Source of the DNA: Octopus sinensis
Lineage: Eukaryota
NCBI RefSeq assembly: GCF_006345805.1
Contig: NC_042997.1
Coordinates: 170,314,001-170,378,000 of the forward strand
DNA: 64,000 nucleotides
Direction: 5' to 3'
This document shows, one piece after another, positions 1 through 11,870 of this stretch. The first letter of the stretch is position 1. Each line of letters opens with the position of its first letter. The position numbers and the translations under genes are program-made. The notes beneath the pieces were generated by a model. That model saw nothing but the letters and a program-made list of their open reading frames with translations. It was not told the origin of the DNA and made no database searches.

Positions 1-698
1 ACCATAAGCATTGCTACTACCACTGAATTCACTAACATCACCACCTCCAATACCACCACTTCTGGAATCACTAACCTCACCATCATTTCCTACTCTACAA
101 CTGTCACTTCTATCACTGCAAACCATACAATTACTATTGAAGGGACCCTGTTACACGGTTACTTGATCTGCTAGAAATAGCAGTCAAATTTTCCTTAGAT
201 CATATCTTTCCATTAAATACATTGCATAATGTGATCCTGGTTTTTACTTTGCCTAAGAAAATAAAAGGATGGTCATAGTTAGAATGCTTTTAATCATGGA
301 TTTTCTTAATTAGGTTGACCTAGCACTAAGCAACAACACTATCATCATCATCATCATCATGACCACCTCCACTGTGTTTTCACACTGGTTGTTCTATGCT
401 ACCATTAGTTGAAGGAATCTACAAAAATGTTGTTTACAATCTGTCCTATGTGTAATCCAGTTCCTAATTGTAACTCTAAATTCTTGTCAATTCAGATTAC
501 TTTATTCCAATTTTTTTTTTCCTTAAATTCTTTTTAGCTTACAATCTATTACAATTTCTTGATATTATTTCATCCAGCTCTCCTCGTCCATTCCCATCCA
601 TTATTACATGTCAATACCATCCATGCCAGCTTTCCTATAAGCAACATTTGATATCTTTAGTTCCTAGCTTTGGATTGTTTAAAAACAAAACATTTCTT

Positions 699-730
<32 letters not shown>

Positions 731-1489
731 AAAAGACTCCCACTTTTTTTTCTGTTTTGGCATGCAACCCCATCCCCAATTTCTCATGTCAAAAGGTTTT
801 AGGGGATGGTGACCTTTATAGGAGAACCAGCTGACATAACTAAGTTAATTTGTTCTGTTTTTATCTGTGGAATAGCTTTCATCTGACAAAGCCAGGCTAT
901 ATTTCCCAAAGCAGTTTAGATAATACTTTATTTTTATTCTACCTTCTAAGTTAATGGTAGTAATTTTTCATTTCAACTTGACTTTTGTTTTATAAATAAG
1001 TTTTGATGCGATTTCCTTAGAAATGGTTTATTTAGTGTATTTTATGCTCTCTTGTTCTCTCTCTCTGTCTCCTTGTTTTGAGTCATGTTTGCCAAATTGA
1101 ATGCAATGGAATTCACATAAATGCTTTCTTGGTAGACTTCCTAAACTTATTATGATGGAATGTTTCCAACAATGCCACAATGCCCTTTGTTTAAAAATCA
1201 CTGAATCGTGTGTATACTTGTGTATTTGTATTTTATGTGAATAAATCACTGATTACCTTCTATCTGTAAATGTGCAAAGCTGAAAATTTGCTAAACTTTT
1301 AAACTCACCAGGTTGTACTGCCAACAAAAGCCTAAAGCCTGAGTCATCAGCTTTCCCATGGATTTTATTTGTTATATGCAGTTCTTCATTTTATCCAGTA
1401 TTGTTCAATAAGGGGAAGGTTTTTCTATAACTTCTTTCACTATTCTTTGTAAAACACCAGAAGTAAGATTTAATTTTTATGTAGTTGTG

Positions 1490-1671
1490 CAAGTATGGTT
1501 GTGTGGTTAAGAAATTTGCTTTCCAACCGCCATGATTTTGAGTTCAGTCCCACTGTGTGGCATTTGGGCAAGTGTCTTGTGAGTGGATTTAGTAGATGGA
1601 AACTGAAAAAATCCCTGTGTGTGTGTGTGTGTGTTTGTGTCTCCCTGACCTGATATCATGTGACAGCTGTA
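1490..1671 (+). mobile_element. tRNA-derived CORE-type SINE, 5' part (abuts a MITE insertion)
   Basis: Degenerate A box (GTGTGGTTAAG), B-box-like GAGTTCAGTCCC, then GGCATTTGGGCAAGTGTC and a (TG)n run. The same family recurs about 12 times in the window. Confidence 0.75.
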
Positions 1672-1679
1672 AACAAGTG

Positions 1680-2098
1680 GGATCTTTTCGGTTTGACCAG
1701 CAGTTTTTTAAAATAATTTCCACGTAACTAAACACTTTTAAACTTCGTATACTGGTAGAATGTGTTTATAAAACATCTTTTTCTCTTGGCTTTATTGAGA
1801 AAATTCTATAGTTTGTAAGATATTTGTTGTTTTTTTCTTCAATTTCTGTAATTTCAACCAATCAATGATGTCTGTTGAGGTGAAGACATTCTGTGCCGTA
1901 TGAATATGTCCCTCGTTTAAGAAACAGATTGGGTTTATTTACATTTCTGAAGAAAAAAAGATATCCTTCCCCCTAACCCTAACCCTAACTAACCCTAACA
2001 CAGATTGAAATGCAATAGATCGATACTAGGGTCATAATTATGGGTGACAATTTCACATGACACTGCTAGAAAAACTGCCGTTCAAACTGAAAAGATCC
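1680..2098. mobile_element. Non-autonomous DNA transposon (MITE), Merlin-like
   Basis: TIR GGATCTTTTCGGTTTGA...CAGTTTTT / AAAAACTGCCGTTCAAACTGAAAAGATCC, flanked by an 8-bp TSD AACAAGTG (1672-1679 and 2099-2106). Second copy at 37882-38297. Confidence 0.85.
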
Positions 2099-2099
2099 A

Positions 2100-2290
2100 A
2101 CAAGTGTCGTCACCATATAAGTGGAGACATTAGTTTCCAGTCTTTCATGAAAACATGTCTGGCCATGGGAAAATATTATCTTGTTTAGAAACAAGTCCAG
2201 GTTGCCGACAGGAAGGGCATCTACCACAATAAACTTTGTCTGACCCATGCAAGCATAGCAAAATGGAAATTAAAATAACGATGATGATGA
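2100..2290 (+). mobile_element. Decayed RTE-tail retroposon fragment
   Basis: GACAGGAAGGGCATCTA...GACCCATGCAAGCATAGCAAAATGG...ATGATGATG matches the 3' end of the RTE LINE at 62390-62575. Confidence 0.6.
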
Positions 2291-2600
2291 ATTTTAACTT
2301 GGCTGATCTGTCATTCAAATATAATTTTGAGTTTGAGACTTTTTGCACGTGGTTTAATGTCACTACAGCCTGCCTATGTGGTTAAGACATTATCTTCGTA
2401 ATGTTTTCTGGGTTTGATCTCCCAGCTTGACACTTTGGGTGTGAGTCTTCTGTCATATTCTTGCGTTGGTTAATACCTCATGAGTGATATTTTGTAGACA
2501 AGACCCGTATGAAAGGTTATCATGTGAGTTTGTTTTTGAGTGTAAGTGTGAATTTCCAAGTGTGCATGTGAACCATTATGTTTGAGCAAAATCGCCTCGC

Positions 2601-2832
2601 GGCGAGCTGGCAGAATCATTAGCATGCTGGGCAAAATGCTTAGCAGTATTTCATCTGCTGCTACGTTCTGAGTTCAAATTCCGCCGAGGTCGACTTTGCC
2701 TTTCATTTTTTCGGGGACATAAATTTAGTACCAGTTACGCACTGGGGTTGATGTAATCGACTTAATCCATTTGTCTGTCCTTGTTTGTCCCCTCTGTGTT
2801 TAGCCCCTTGTGGGTAGTAAAGAAATAGGTAT
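2601..2832 (+). mobile_element. tRNA-derived SINE with GTCGACTTTGCCTTTCATCC central domain
   Basis: GGCGAGCTGGCAGAATC...GAGTTCAAATTCC (B box)...GTCGACTTTGCCTTTCA...AAAGAAATAG. About 13 copies in the window. Confidence 0.85.
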
Positions 2833-3399
2833 TTATTCCGATTCAGTTGCACAGACACTCTTATCATTCTTGCCATTCAGTAAACAAGTGATTGGCCCAT
2901 TTGATACATATAACCAGTGACAATATTAAAAAAAAAGATATAAAATAGATAAATTAAGAAATAATAAGACTATTTATTATTTACCATGTTTTTCCGTTTT
3001 CTTTTGAGAGAGAGAGAGAGGGGGGTCTTTGTGTGTGTATTTCTATTTAAAACAATTCTTTGATTCAAATTGCTGTCATCCTGCTAATGAATAAACTTTG
3101 GAGATGTAAGAAACAATGAAACCCACTTCTGAAGTATAATAATTTCTATATTCTGTTGATTAGAGGTGCAAAGCTTGTCAAGTCCAGTTTGAGAATTTTT
3201 CTGGCTTGAATGAAACGAGAGCCTTCATACCAGCGGTGGCAAACCACTTCGTCCATTGACAAAATTTTACTGATATTCTAATTTCAAACTGCTTACTGAA
3301 GCCGATAAAAACCCATTAAAAAAAAAAAATTACAAGCAAAAATGTTTAACCTAAGACCATAACAGTAATTTAATACATGTTGTATATCAATGTATAAGC

Positions 3400-3575
3400 A
3401 CAGACATGGTTGTGTGGTCAAGAAGCTTGCGTTACAACCATGTGGTTTCAGGTTCAGTCCTACCACATGGTACCTTGTGTATTCTGTTATAGACCCAGAC
3501 TGACCAATGTCTTCTGAGTGAATTTGGTAGATGGAAACTGTGGAAGCCCATCTTGCATGCATGCGTGTGTGTTCA
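3400..3575 (+). mobile_element. CORE-type SINE, 5' part
   Basis: GTGTGGTCAAGAAGCTTGC...GGTTCAGTCC...GATTTGGTAGATGGAAACTG, followed by (TG)n. Confidence 0.75.
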
Positions 3576-3582
3576 ACAAATA

Positions 3583-5640
3583 TCCTTGTGGGTCAAGCAA
3601 TCTGACCCCAAGGGCTCCTTCGATCTGGCTATGGGAGCCTATGACAGTGCCGATGTCTGCTATCTTATTGGACTGTACATCCTGGACATCTTAGGAAAGA
3701 GGCTTCCTTTGGTCCTCTTCGGTTTCTACAGAGATGGCACCTTAGCCATCTCTAGAGGAGCCAACAGACACACACTAGATAGACTTAGAAAGGACCTAAT
3801 TAGTGCCCTAATTGGACCTAATTGGACTCAAGATCACCATTGAGACTGGTCTTACCACAGTAGATTGCCTGGATGTTACTTTAGATCTGGGCTCTGGTAC
3901 ATACAGGCTCTATCACAAGCCAAACGAGATGTTCTGTATTAGCACAGCCTTCTGCCACCCACCTATGGTTTTTAAGAACCTAGTGAAGGGTGTAAGCAAG
4001 AAGATATTGAATCTATCCTCTAGCCAAGATATTTTCAATGCCACTACCCCCTTCTACAATGAGGCACTGGCATCGAGTGGGTTTAAAGACTGCATCTCCT
4101 ACATGCTAGGCTCTAGCACCTGGAAAATGAAGTAACGCAGAAACATCATTTGGTTTGCTCCACCCTTCTCTCGCAACATCAAGACTTGTGAGGGAAGGAT
4201 TTTCCTTAGATTAATAGATAAACATTTCCCATGCACACATAGATACAGGCAAATATTTAAGTCACAGCCTAAGAGTCTCCTTTAGTTGTGCACCTAACAT
4301 AAAAAGCATTTTAACAAGCACCCACAATACAAGGGAGGAGGCAGGTTACCCTTTCAGGGTATACAATAACTGTCCAGCAGGAGGCTAACGTGAGGCCAAT
4401 GGAGTCATCTATGAAACTACAGTGACACCTAGACCTGCTATCTGCATTGCTAGCAATGTACCATCCAACAGCAGTAATAGCTGATTAACCAGGTCTCACA
4501 CCAGTACAATTTCCACAACCAGAGATGATGACCAGTTCAGGACCAGCAATACAGAGGAGGTAACCGATGACTCTAATACCACCACCACAGATGATGAACA
4601 AGTTATTATTGACACCGATGGAGAGACCAGGCCCACACCATATGTTACCACCAGTGCAATCACCACACCTAGAGATGATGACCAATCCAGGACCAGCAAC
4701 ACAGAGGAGGTATCCAGTGTCCCCAGTACCACCACCACAGTTGATGACCAAACAACTGTCATTGGCCCTAATGGGATGGTCTGTCTTGCACCATATGTTA
4801 CCACCAGTTGCACCCAAACTAACGATGGCAGCTACATTGCCAACCATATGACCAGAAATGATAACCATGGCAATAACACCACTGGATCATTGTGCCATAT
4901 TGATAATATCAACAGCAGTGTTAACAACAACATCCCCAGGCCCTGAGCCTACCAGAGATATACCAGGTGTGCGAATATAGCCACATCCCAAGTTTGTAAA
5001 TATATCTGATTGGCCAGTACATCTTTCAAATGTTGCTTCTGCAACCACCATTCATCCTTCAGAGTCTCAGAAAGACGTTTTGCCATGTCCCTGGCCAGCC
5101 ATGTGTGGCACCTCAAAGATCAAGGGACCCCATGTGATACCAGGTAGAAAATAATAGATCATTCAGGCCCATATATTAATGGGTGTGGCTGTTGCAAAAT
5201 CTGTATCAATGAAAGAACCAAAATTTTTAAGGACTATGCTAAACCTGGCGCATTGAACAGTTGTATAGAATCTTTCTCTAAATGTGTCCATTTCAAGCGC
5301 TACCTTCTGGAAAATTGGATCTCCCCATTTGCTGGTTAGGCTATTTTGGGTCTGTAAGGGTTTTTTTATCCTCTGGTCCAGGGAATATATCCCGTACTCT
5401 TTAACGTTTTTATACGTTAGCCATTAAATCTCTATATCTGAGCATTTCCTCATGTCCGCATGGTAGAAACTTTAATCCTTTTGTCTCTGTATAGAGTCTG
5501 ACGAGCTGTCCACAAGACTGTGGCCTTGGTGCATACGAAATCTTTGGTAATTCTATGACCAGAGTTTAACTTTTTGTTTTAATAATTACTGCTCTATTCA
5601 TTAAAGTGAGCTTCTTTTCTGATATATGTTTTATTGACAT
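3583..5640 (+). mobile_element. Decayed 5'-truncated Penelope-like retroelement (RT + C-terminal GIY-YIG + 3' terminal repeat with hammerhead)
   Basis: RT remnants MGAYDSADVC, YRDG at 3727-3738 (from YRDD), LDVTLDL, YHKPN and HPP. GIY-YIG remnants VIYETTV (4404), YI*LASTSFK..NHHSSFR (5001), HVWHLK, CKICINE and LNSCIESFSKCVH. Frameshifts and stops are present. Confidence 0.85.
5485..5564 (+). ncRNA. Type I hammerhead ribozyme (slightly degenerate) in the Penelope 3' terminus
   Basis: Stem I CTCTG-TATAGAGT pairs with ATTCTATG-(AC)-CAGAG. Core CTGACGA at 5498-5504, GAAA at 5537-5540, short stem III ATC/GGT with TTT loop, cleavage triplet GTA at 5547-5549. Confidence 0.7.
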
Positions 5641-5659
5641 ATATATATATATAATATGT

Positions 5660-5870
5660 GTGTGTCTTTGGGACTGTATTTGTCCCCAACCCATTGCTTG
5701 ACAACTGGTGTTTGGCAATAGGGAATAGCAGTTTGGCAATAGGGAATGATAAAATAAGTACCAGACTTTAAAAAAATTAGTAGCAAGGTCAATTTGTTCT
5801 AAAATCCTTCGAAGTGTTGCTCCAGCATGGTCACAGTCAATGACTGAAACAAGTAAACAATAAAAAGATA
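5660..5870 (+). mobile_element. CORE-type SINE, 3' part
   Basis: TTTGTCCCC...GCTTGACAAC...GCTCCAGCATGGTCACAGTCAATGACTGAAACAAGTAAA tail typical of the family. Confidence 0.65.
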
Positions 5871-5984
5871 AAACATAAGATTTGTAAAATTAAAGTTTTG
5901 TTATTTCTTTGACAGATGCCTTCTCTGCCACCAGTTTCTTATGCACTTGCAATTTGTCCCCGATACTAAAAATCATCGGTACTA

Positions 5985-6207
5985 GCATCCGCGCTAGCTA
6001 GTCGTGACTAGTTGATCCTTACTTTGTGCTTTTGTATTTTATTTACTTTGTTTAGGAAACTTATTTACATTGTGTTTTTGTGTTTTATTTACTTTGTTTA
6101 AAAAAAGTTATTTACTTTGTGTAAAAAAATTATTTATTTTGTGATTTATTTACTTTGCTAGGTAGTCGTTGTAGGATCAACTAGTCACGACTAGCTAGCC
6201 CGGATGC
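5985..6207. mobile_element. Foldback/MITE-like element with 35-bp inverted arms
   Basis: 5985-6019 GCATCCGCGCTAGCTAGTCGTGACTAGTTGATCCT is the reverse complement of 6173-6207 (34/35 match). The AT-rich interior repeats TTTACTTTG. Confidence 0.65.
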
Positions 6208-7034
6208 GCGACTACGTGAGTGCATGCATCGGGACCACTCTTCTTAAATAGTACCAAAATCATTTCCCCACTGTTGCTCTACATGGTTGTCTGACATGTT
6301 AGTAATAGCAAAGAAATTTTTATTGAGCCACATTAAGATAATGAAAGGACTGCATTAGATAATGCAATCCTACATGTTCTTCTGTCACCACGTATGTTAA
6401 GAAAAGACGAAACAATTATTGTTGTAATGCCTTTGATTATCGGTCTGTTAACTTAGGTCTATACAAGCCGTCTGCATAAGCATATCCACTGCCCTATTAT
6501 GCACCATATTATTAAGAAATCTATCAATTTTCATGACTCAGAATGTGCAACATGCATGTTAGGATTCTATCATTAGTGCAACATACACCCATCTGTACAT
6601 ACTCACATTCAAATATATAAACGGCTACACTTATGAACATACACACTATTTATAAACGGCTACACTTATGAACATACACACAATTTCTATACATACAAAC
6701 CCATACATGTACATAATACAAAACACACCCAAAAAAACAAACAAAAGGACCAGACAAAGATATTTTTCTCTCTCTTTAATATTATTTGTATTTATTTGAG
6801 TATGAATAATCTTATATTTTCAATAAAGAAAATAAAATGTATATCATATGTGTGGGTGTAGCTGTGTATATAAGTCTATTTATATATATGTACGTACACA
6901 CATGTAATGAAGTAATATAAGATATCAATTCAGTGAATCATGTGGTTATCACAGTAAGCTCCTTGTACAGACTTGGTTATCAGTCCATCCACATAGTAAT
7001 TAACTGCAAAGTAGTGTAATGTAAACTGAATCTG

Positions 7035-7210
7035 TCATCATCATCATCGTTTAACGTCTGTTTTCCATGCTGGCATGGGTTGGACGGTTTGACTGAGGTC
7101 TGGAAAGCCAGTGGCTGCACCAGGCTGTGATCTGATCTGGCAATGTTTCTACAGCTGGATGCCTTTCCTAACACCAACCACTCTGAGAGTGTAGTGCGTG
7201 CTTTTTACGT
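7035..7210 (-). mobile_element. RTE-tail retroposon (SINE or truncated LINE 3' end)
   Basis: (TCA)n tail, then CGTTTAACGTC...CCATGCTGGCATGGGTTGGACGG...CAGCTGGATGCCTTTCCTAAC. Confidence 0.85.
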
Positions 7211-7254
7211 GATATGTTATATATAAAATCGTGGCAGATACTGGTGTCATGCAA

Positions 7255-7452
7255 GTGGCACCTGTGCTGGTGGCACGTAAAAGCACCCATTACTTTCTCA
7301 GAGTGGTTGGCATTAGGAAGGGCAACCAGGTGTAGAAACCATGCCAAATCAGACTGGAGTCTGGTGCAGCCTTCCAGTTTGCCAGCCCTGGTCAAACCGT
7401 ACCAACCCATACCAGCATGGACAATGGGCATTAAATGATGATGATGATGATA
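7255..7452 (+). mobile_element. RTE-tail retroposon (SINE or truncated LINE 3' end)
   Basis: GGTGGCACGTAAAAGCACCC...GGCATTAGGAAGGGC...AACCCATACCAGCATGGAC...(GAT)n. Inverted relative to the 7035 copy. Confidence 0.85.
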
Positions 7453-7463
7453 CATGTATACAA

Positions 7464-7695
7464 GGCGGCGAGCTGACAGAAACGTTAGCACGCCGGGCGA
7501 AATGCGTAGCCATATTTTGTCTGCCGTTACGTTCTGAGTTCAAATTCCGCCGAGGTCGACTTTGCCTTTCATCCTTTCGGGGTCGATAAATTAAGTACAA
7601 GTTACGCACTGGGGTCGATGTAATCGACTTAATCCATTTGTCTGTCCTTGTTTGTCCCCTCTGTGTTTAGCCCCTTGTTGGTAGTAAAGAAATAG
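7464..7695 (+). mobile_element. tRNA-derived SINE (GTCGACTTTGCC family), full-length young copy
   Basis: Complete head, B box GAGTTCAAATTCC, central domain and AAAGAAATAG end; CpGs retained. Confidence 0.9.
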
Positions 7696-8282
7696 ATGAT
7701 ACATGTACACACACACACACACACTCACTCACAAAATCAACTGGTGTGTGTGTGTGTGTAAAACAACCTCTGTGTGTTTGTGTGCATATGTATACACATG
7801 CATACATTAACTTCAGTTTTATATATATGTACACACACACACACACATCCGAAAGACATATCGTGTTGAGCCTTAGTTTTGATTGCATTTGACTGTCTTA
7901 TCAGTCATTCTCTTCCAGTAGTTTTTACTGGGAGTTTGGGGGCATGGGTAGTGTAAGTACTGCAGTAGCTGCTCTTAGCACTTGTAGGATTGGCATTCAC
8001 TGCAAAATGCATTAAATCAATGCTTGATATAAAGATGAACAATGCAGTTATGTTGGTGTAATGTGCAGTTAGCTGACTCACACTAGCATGAAACAACCTT
8101 TTGATATTGTACCCAGTGCATCAACCCTGAATAGCACTGCACAGCACTTAGTCTCTTTATAATTGATGTGTTCCCATGTTAATTCTCTTTTGTTTTTCCA
8201 CCTCCTCTTTTTGTTGGGTTAATAAATTTAATTTTTTGTCTTGTAACTAAATCTTTCTGTCTGTTTATCGCCGTCACTTTCT

Positions 8283-8880
8283 TAACCCGTCTCCTCCTCA
8301 CTCTCTCAACCCGTCTCCTCCTCACTCTCTCAACCCCTCTCTCACTCACTCTCTCAACTCCTCTCTCCCTCACTCTCTCAACCCGTCTCCTCCTCACTCT
8401 CTCAACCCCTCTCTCACTCACTCTCTCAATCCCTCTCTCCCCTCACTCTCTCAACCCCTCTCTCACTCACTCTCTCAACTCCTCTCTCCCTCACTCTCTC
8501 AACTCCTCTCTCCCTCACTCTCTCAACTCCTCTCTCACTCACTCTCTCAACTCCTCTCTCACTCACTCTCTCAACCGTCTCCCCCTCACTCTCTCACTCC
8601 TCTCTCACTCACTCTCTGAACACCTCTCTCCCTCACTTTCTCAACCCATCTCTCCCTCACTTTCTCAACCCGTCTCTCCCTCACTCTCTCAACCCCTCTC
8701 TCACTCACTCTCTCAACCCCTCTCTCACTCACTCTCTCAACCCCTCTCTCCCTCACTCTCTCAGCTCCTCTCCCCCTCACTCTCTCCTTCACACTCTCAA
8801 CCCCTCTCTCCCTCACAATCTCAACCCCTCTCTCCCTCACACTCTCAACCTGTCTCTCCCTCACTCTCTCTCCTCTCTGC
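8283..8880. repeat. CT-rich minisatellite (~24-27-bp unit CTCTCTCAACCCCTCTCTCACTCA)
   Basis: More than 20 imperfect tandem units, with a near-pure pyrimidine + strand. Confidence 0.95.
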
Positions 8881-9515
8881 TTGTCTTTCACTTTTGAATT
8901 TTTTAATTGCAAAGGATCATCAATGTAGTCTTAATTATCATTAATGTTGCTAATTTGAATGATTATGTTTTCCAGCAAACAAAATATGTTATAATAAAAA
9001 CAAAATGTCATGAATAAATATTGGTATTGATTAATTGATTGGTTTAATCAGTTAGGAAAATTCATTCTCATTCTTGACTTTCAGTTATTACCTAATGTTT
9101 CACTTTCCCTAATCACACATAATTAGCATTGAAAGTCATTAAAACTCATTGTCAATTATAAAACATCCTTGCTGCTTCTAGTAGTAAACTGTACTCTCCA
9201 TGATTCTATTTAGGTGTGTGTAATTAATCAGTGAGATAAGATTATAATTTTTCAAATAATTAACCTCTCCCTTAACCCTCTCAGAACTGGGCCCCTCTGT
9301 GTAACTTTACCGTCCACTTGGACTCCTGAGCAAAAAAATAGTTTCATATACAGCTCAAGAGTAACAATTAGTTTAATGAACAGAATCAACTGCATGTTCT
9401 TTTTCTACCTGTTGTTTATTTGTATTATATAAATAAATGACAGTCATTGTCTTGCACTTCTTAAGTAAAGCTGTCCTTAACTTAGCTTTCGTGAAAGAAA
9501 TTAGGGAGAATTAGT

Positions 9516-10017
9516 ACGTATAATCCGCATTTTCCCCCAAAAATTTAAAGGTCAAAATCCCTAGTGCATACTATATATGAGGTTAAAAATGAAAATATTT
9601 TCTAACCAATGTCCGAGTCTCTATTTGCTATCTGGCAGTGTTTATTCAGATGCATTTTGTAATGTCGGGCACGAAAATACCTTAAGCTAAGCTTGAAAGC
9701 AATGAAGTCATAAACGAATCATCCATAACTTGCATTAAGCATCATTTATTAAAATAAAAGTATTCAGAATACAGAATAACATGTAACAAAAACAATTTGC
9801 AAACATATTTACATTCCCATATAGCAGTTAAGAACATCACCATTATTGTATTACGTATGCGCAGAAGTGTTTGTTTGACTAGGCTTAATTTCACATGACT
9901 CAAGTTAGAAAAGGAGTGCATATTATACACAAGGTTTAGGTTTTTCAGAAGTACAGCCCCCTAAAAATCCCCTGTGTATTATACTCAAGGGCGGACTATA
10001 CTCGAGGATTTACGGTA
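9516..10017. mobile_element. Non-autonomous Tc1/mariner-superfamily (pogo/Tc2-like) element, left end truncated
   Basis: Ends in TATACTCGAGGATTTACGG-TA. Near-identical sequence is found split at 42384-45344. Confidence 0.7.
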
Positions 10018-11870
10018 CTCAAAGTAACTTAAGTCTACCAGAATCTTTCAAACTGGTCTCAAATTTCTCATCAAACTTAGGAATCCACAATTGTAATGTA
10101 TTATAGTTTTTTTTTTATAGTAAAACAAATAGTATTGTTAATGCCTGGGTGACCATGAAGATACTCTTATGTCATATCTTGACCATTACTTGATACTCTC
10201 TTAGCCTAAACCTATATAAAAATGCCAACAACCAATTTGTTTAACTAATTCAGTGGTATTCTTTTTTTCTAACCTCTGTGTTTTCTGAAAAACTAAAATG
10301 CTGTCAAATATAACAGATTTCGAAATGGCAAACAAATAGCACTGTACTTTGAATTACTCTGTTGAATGTCAACAGTGATGGAAAAAATCTTGAGTAGGCC
10401 ACACTAGATTTTAAGTAGATTAAATTTTTGGGCTGGCCTGCTTGCTCTCTTTTGTTTTTGCATAGATTTAATTTTTTTCTTTCCTTTTTAGTTTTGGTGT
10501 AACTGCTGTGAAATGTCATTGCTCTATTTAAAGTCTGACATCAACTATTGGAATAATTATTCTTACCATTTCTTGCTTTTTATCTTTTAGTTCAAACTTA
10601 TTATTTTTCTGTGGATTTCTCCAAATCTAAGTTTTTTGGTCTTATGAGATTTTTATATAACTGATTTAAATTTGAAAATATTCGTTGCAAGATTTAGTAA
10701 TTTTTCTTGTGATTGAAACATATCTAAAAATGAAATCTTCTCTACCTTCAAAATAAGTCATCAGAGAAATGAAGAGATCACACGAATCACTGCTTAGCTC
10801 CAATGTTGTTGTCTTGAGGGAGCCCCCCCCCCTCAAAAAAAAACCTCATTTTATTGTAAATATTTCCAGAAATTCTGCAACTTATTCCTATTGAACTGAG
10901 TTGTTTAAAATAAAGTGTTGTATCCCAAGAGAGGAAAGGTAATACATACAGAAGATTAGAACTTGAGACTATATCTTACTGTCTAGTACCTCATCTGTTT
11001 AACCTTGGTTCTTTAGCCCTCCTATCCTTTTACCATACAACATTTAGTTGAAATATTTTTCTGATTATTTCTTAACTTTAAAAGTGGTTTCACTATTTCT
11101 TCAAAGTGATCTTGCCAATGCCAACTTTACCTTCCATCCTTCCATGGATTCTAGTTTATTGCAGTTGAAGCTTGATATTTATTCTTCAGGTAGGCAATTT
11201 GAAATAAGAATTGTTTTGTATGGCAATTAAACTTCAAGGAATTTGTTAGATACTTAACATTTCTATGAAAGATGTTGTAATGGGATAGTTATATGAAAAA
11301 AAATCTATTTTTAATCGTTAGTCTTTTTTTATGGTTTTAAATTAATAATTTATTTGTATTATTTAAAGAATGCCCTGTTGCTCTTGCTCTGTCATGTTCT
11401 ACTTCTTTTCTCAACTCTTGCTCTCTTTCAATCTGCCTTAATTCAGTCGGGTTGTTTATTTTAATGTGTTAGTCTTTTAGTAACTTTTATCCAGCAGTAA
11501 AACACATAATTTGAAAATAAATTGACAAGTTCTTGTGTTACCAATTTTACAAAATTAATATTTCAGTTAAATCCTGTCAGTTATTGCTCTTACAGAAACT
11601 TATTGTCCTTAAGTGTTTAATAAACTGAAGATTTTAAACTCATTTCGTGTAGTTTTTCATCAAGACACAAACTCTTAAAATATATATGCATTCATTCTGA
11701 AATACATTTTTAAATAACTTATTTACATAATAATTTACATCACTTTATGATTACAAAACAAATCCTACATCAAAAATATAAAAGTAAAGAATAAAGACTT
11801 ATTTATGCATCATTTCAATAACATCAAGAACAATAATTCTTTATCTAATTTTGTTATTCTTTCTTTCCAG

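Noticed and set aside
1300-1400. Possible minus-strand exon ending in a CCTG/GTGAGT donor
   Set aside because: No recognisable protein, a stop just upstream, and no suitable acceptor.
4485-4868. Listed Pro-rich and Val/Gly-rich ORFs (4567-4851 +, 4485-4868 -, 4496-4813 -) as genes
   Set aside because: They are alternative frames of the tandem insert inside the Penelope endonuclease.
5007-5009. In-frame TGA at the YIG glycine as possible selenocysteine
   Set aside because: The element is decayed, with other stops and frameshifts. A GGA-to-TGA mutation is simpler, and no SECIS was identified.
1-11870. Upstream DDAH exons (including the DGGDVLFTG catalytic Asp)
   Set aside because: I searched by eye and found none; they presumably lie before the window.
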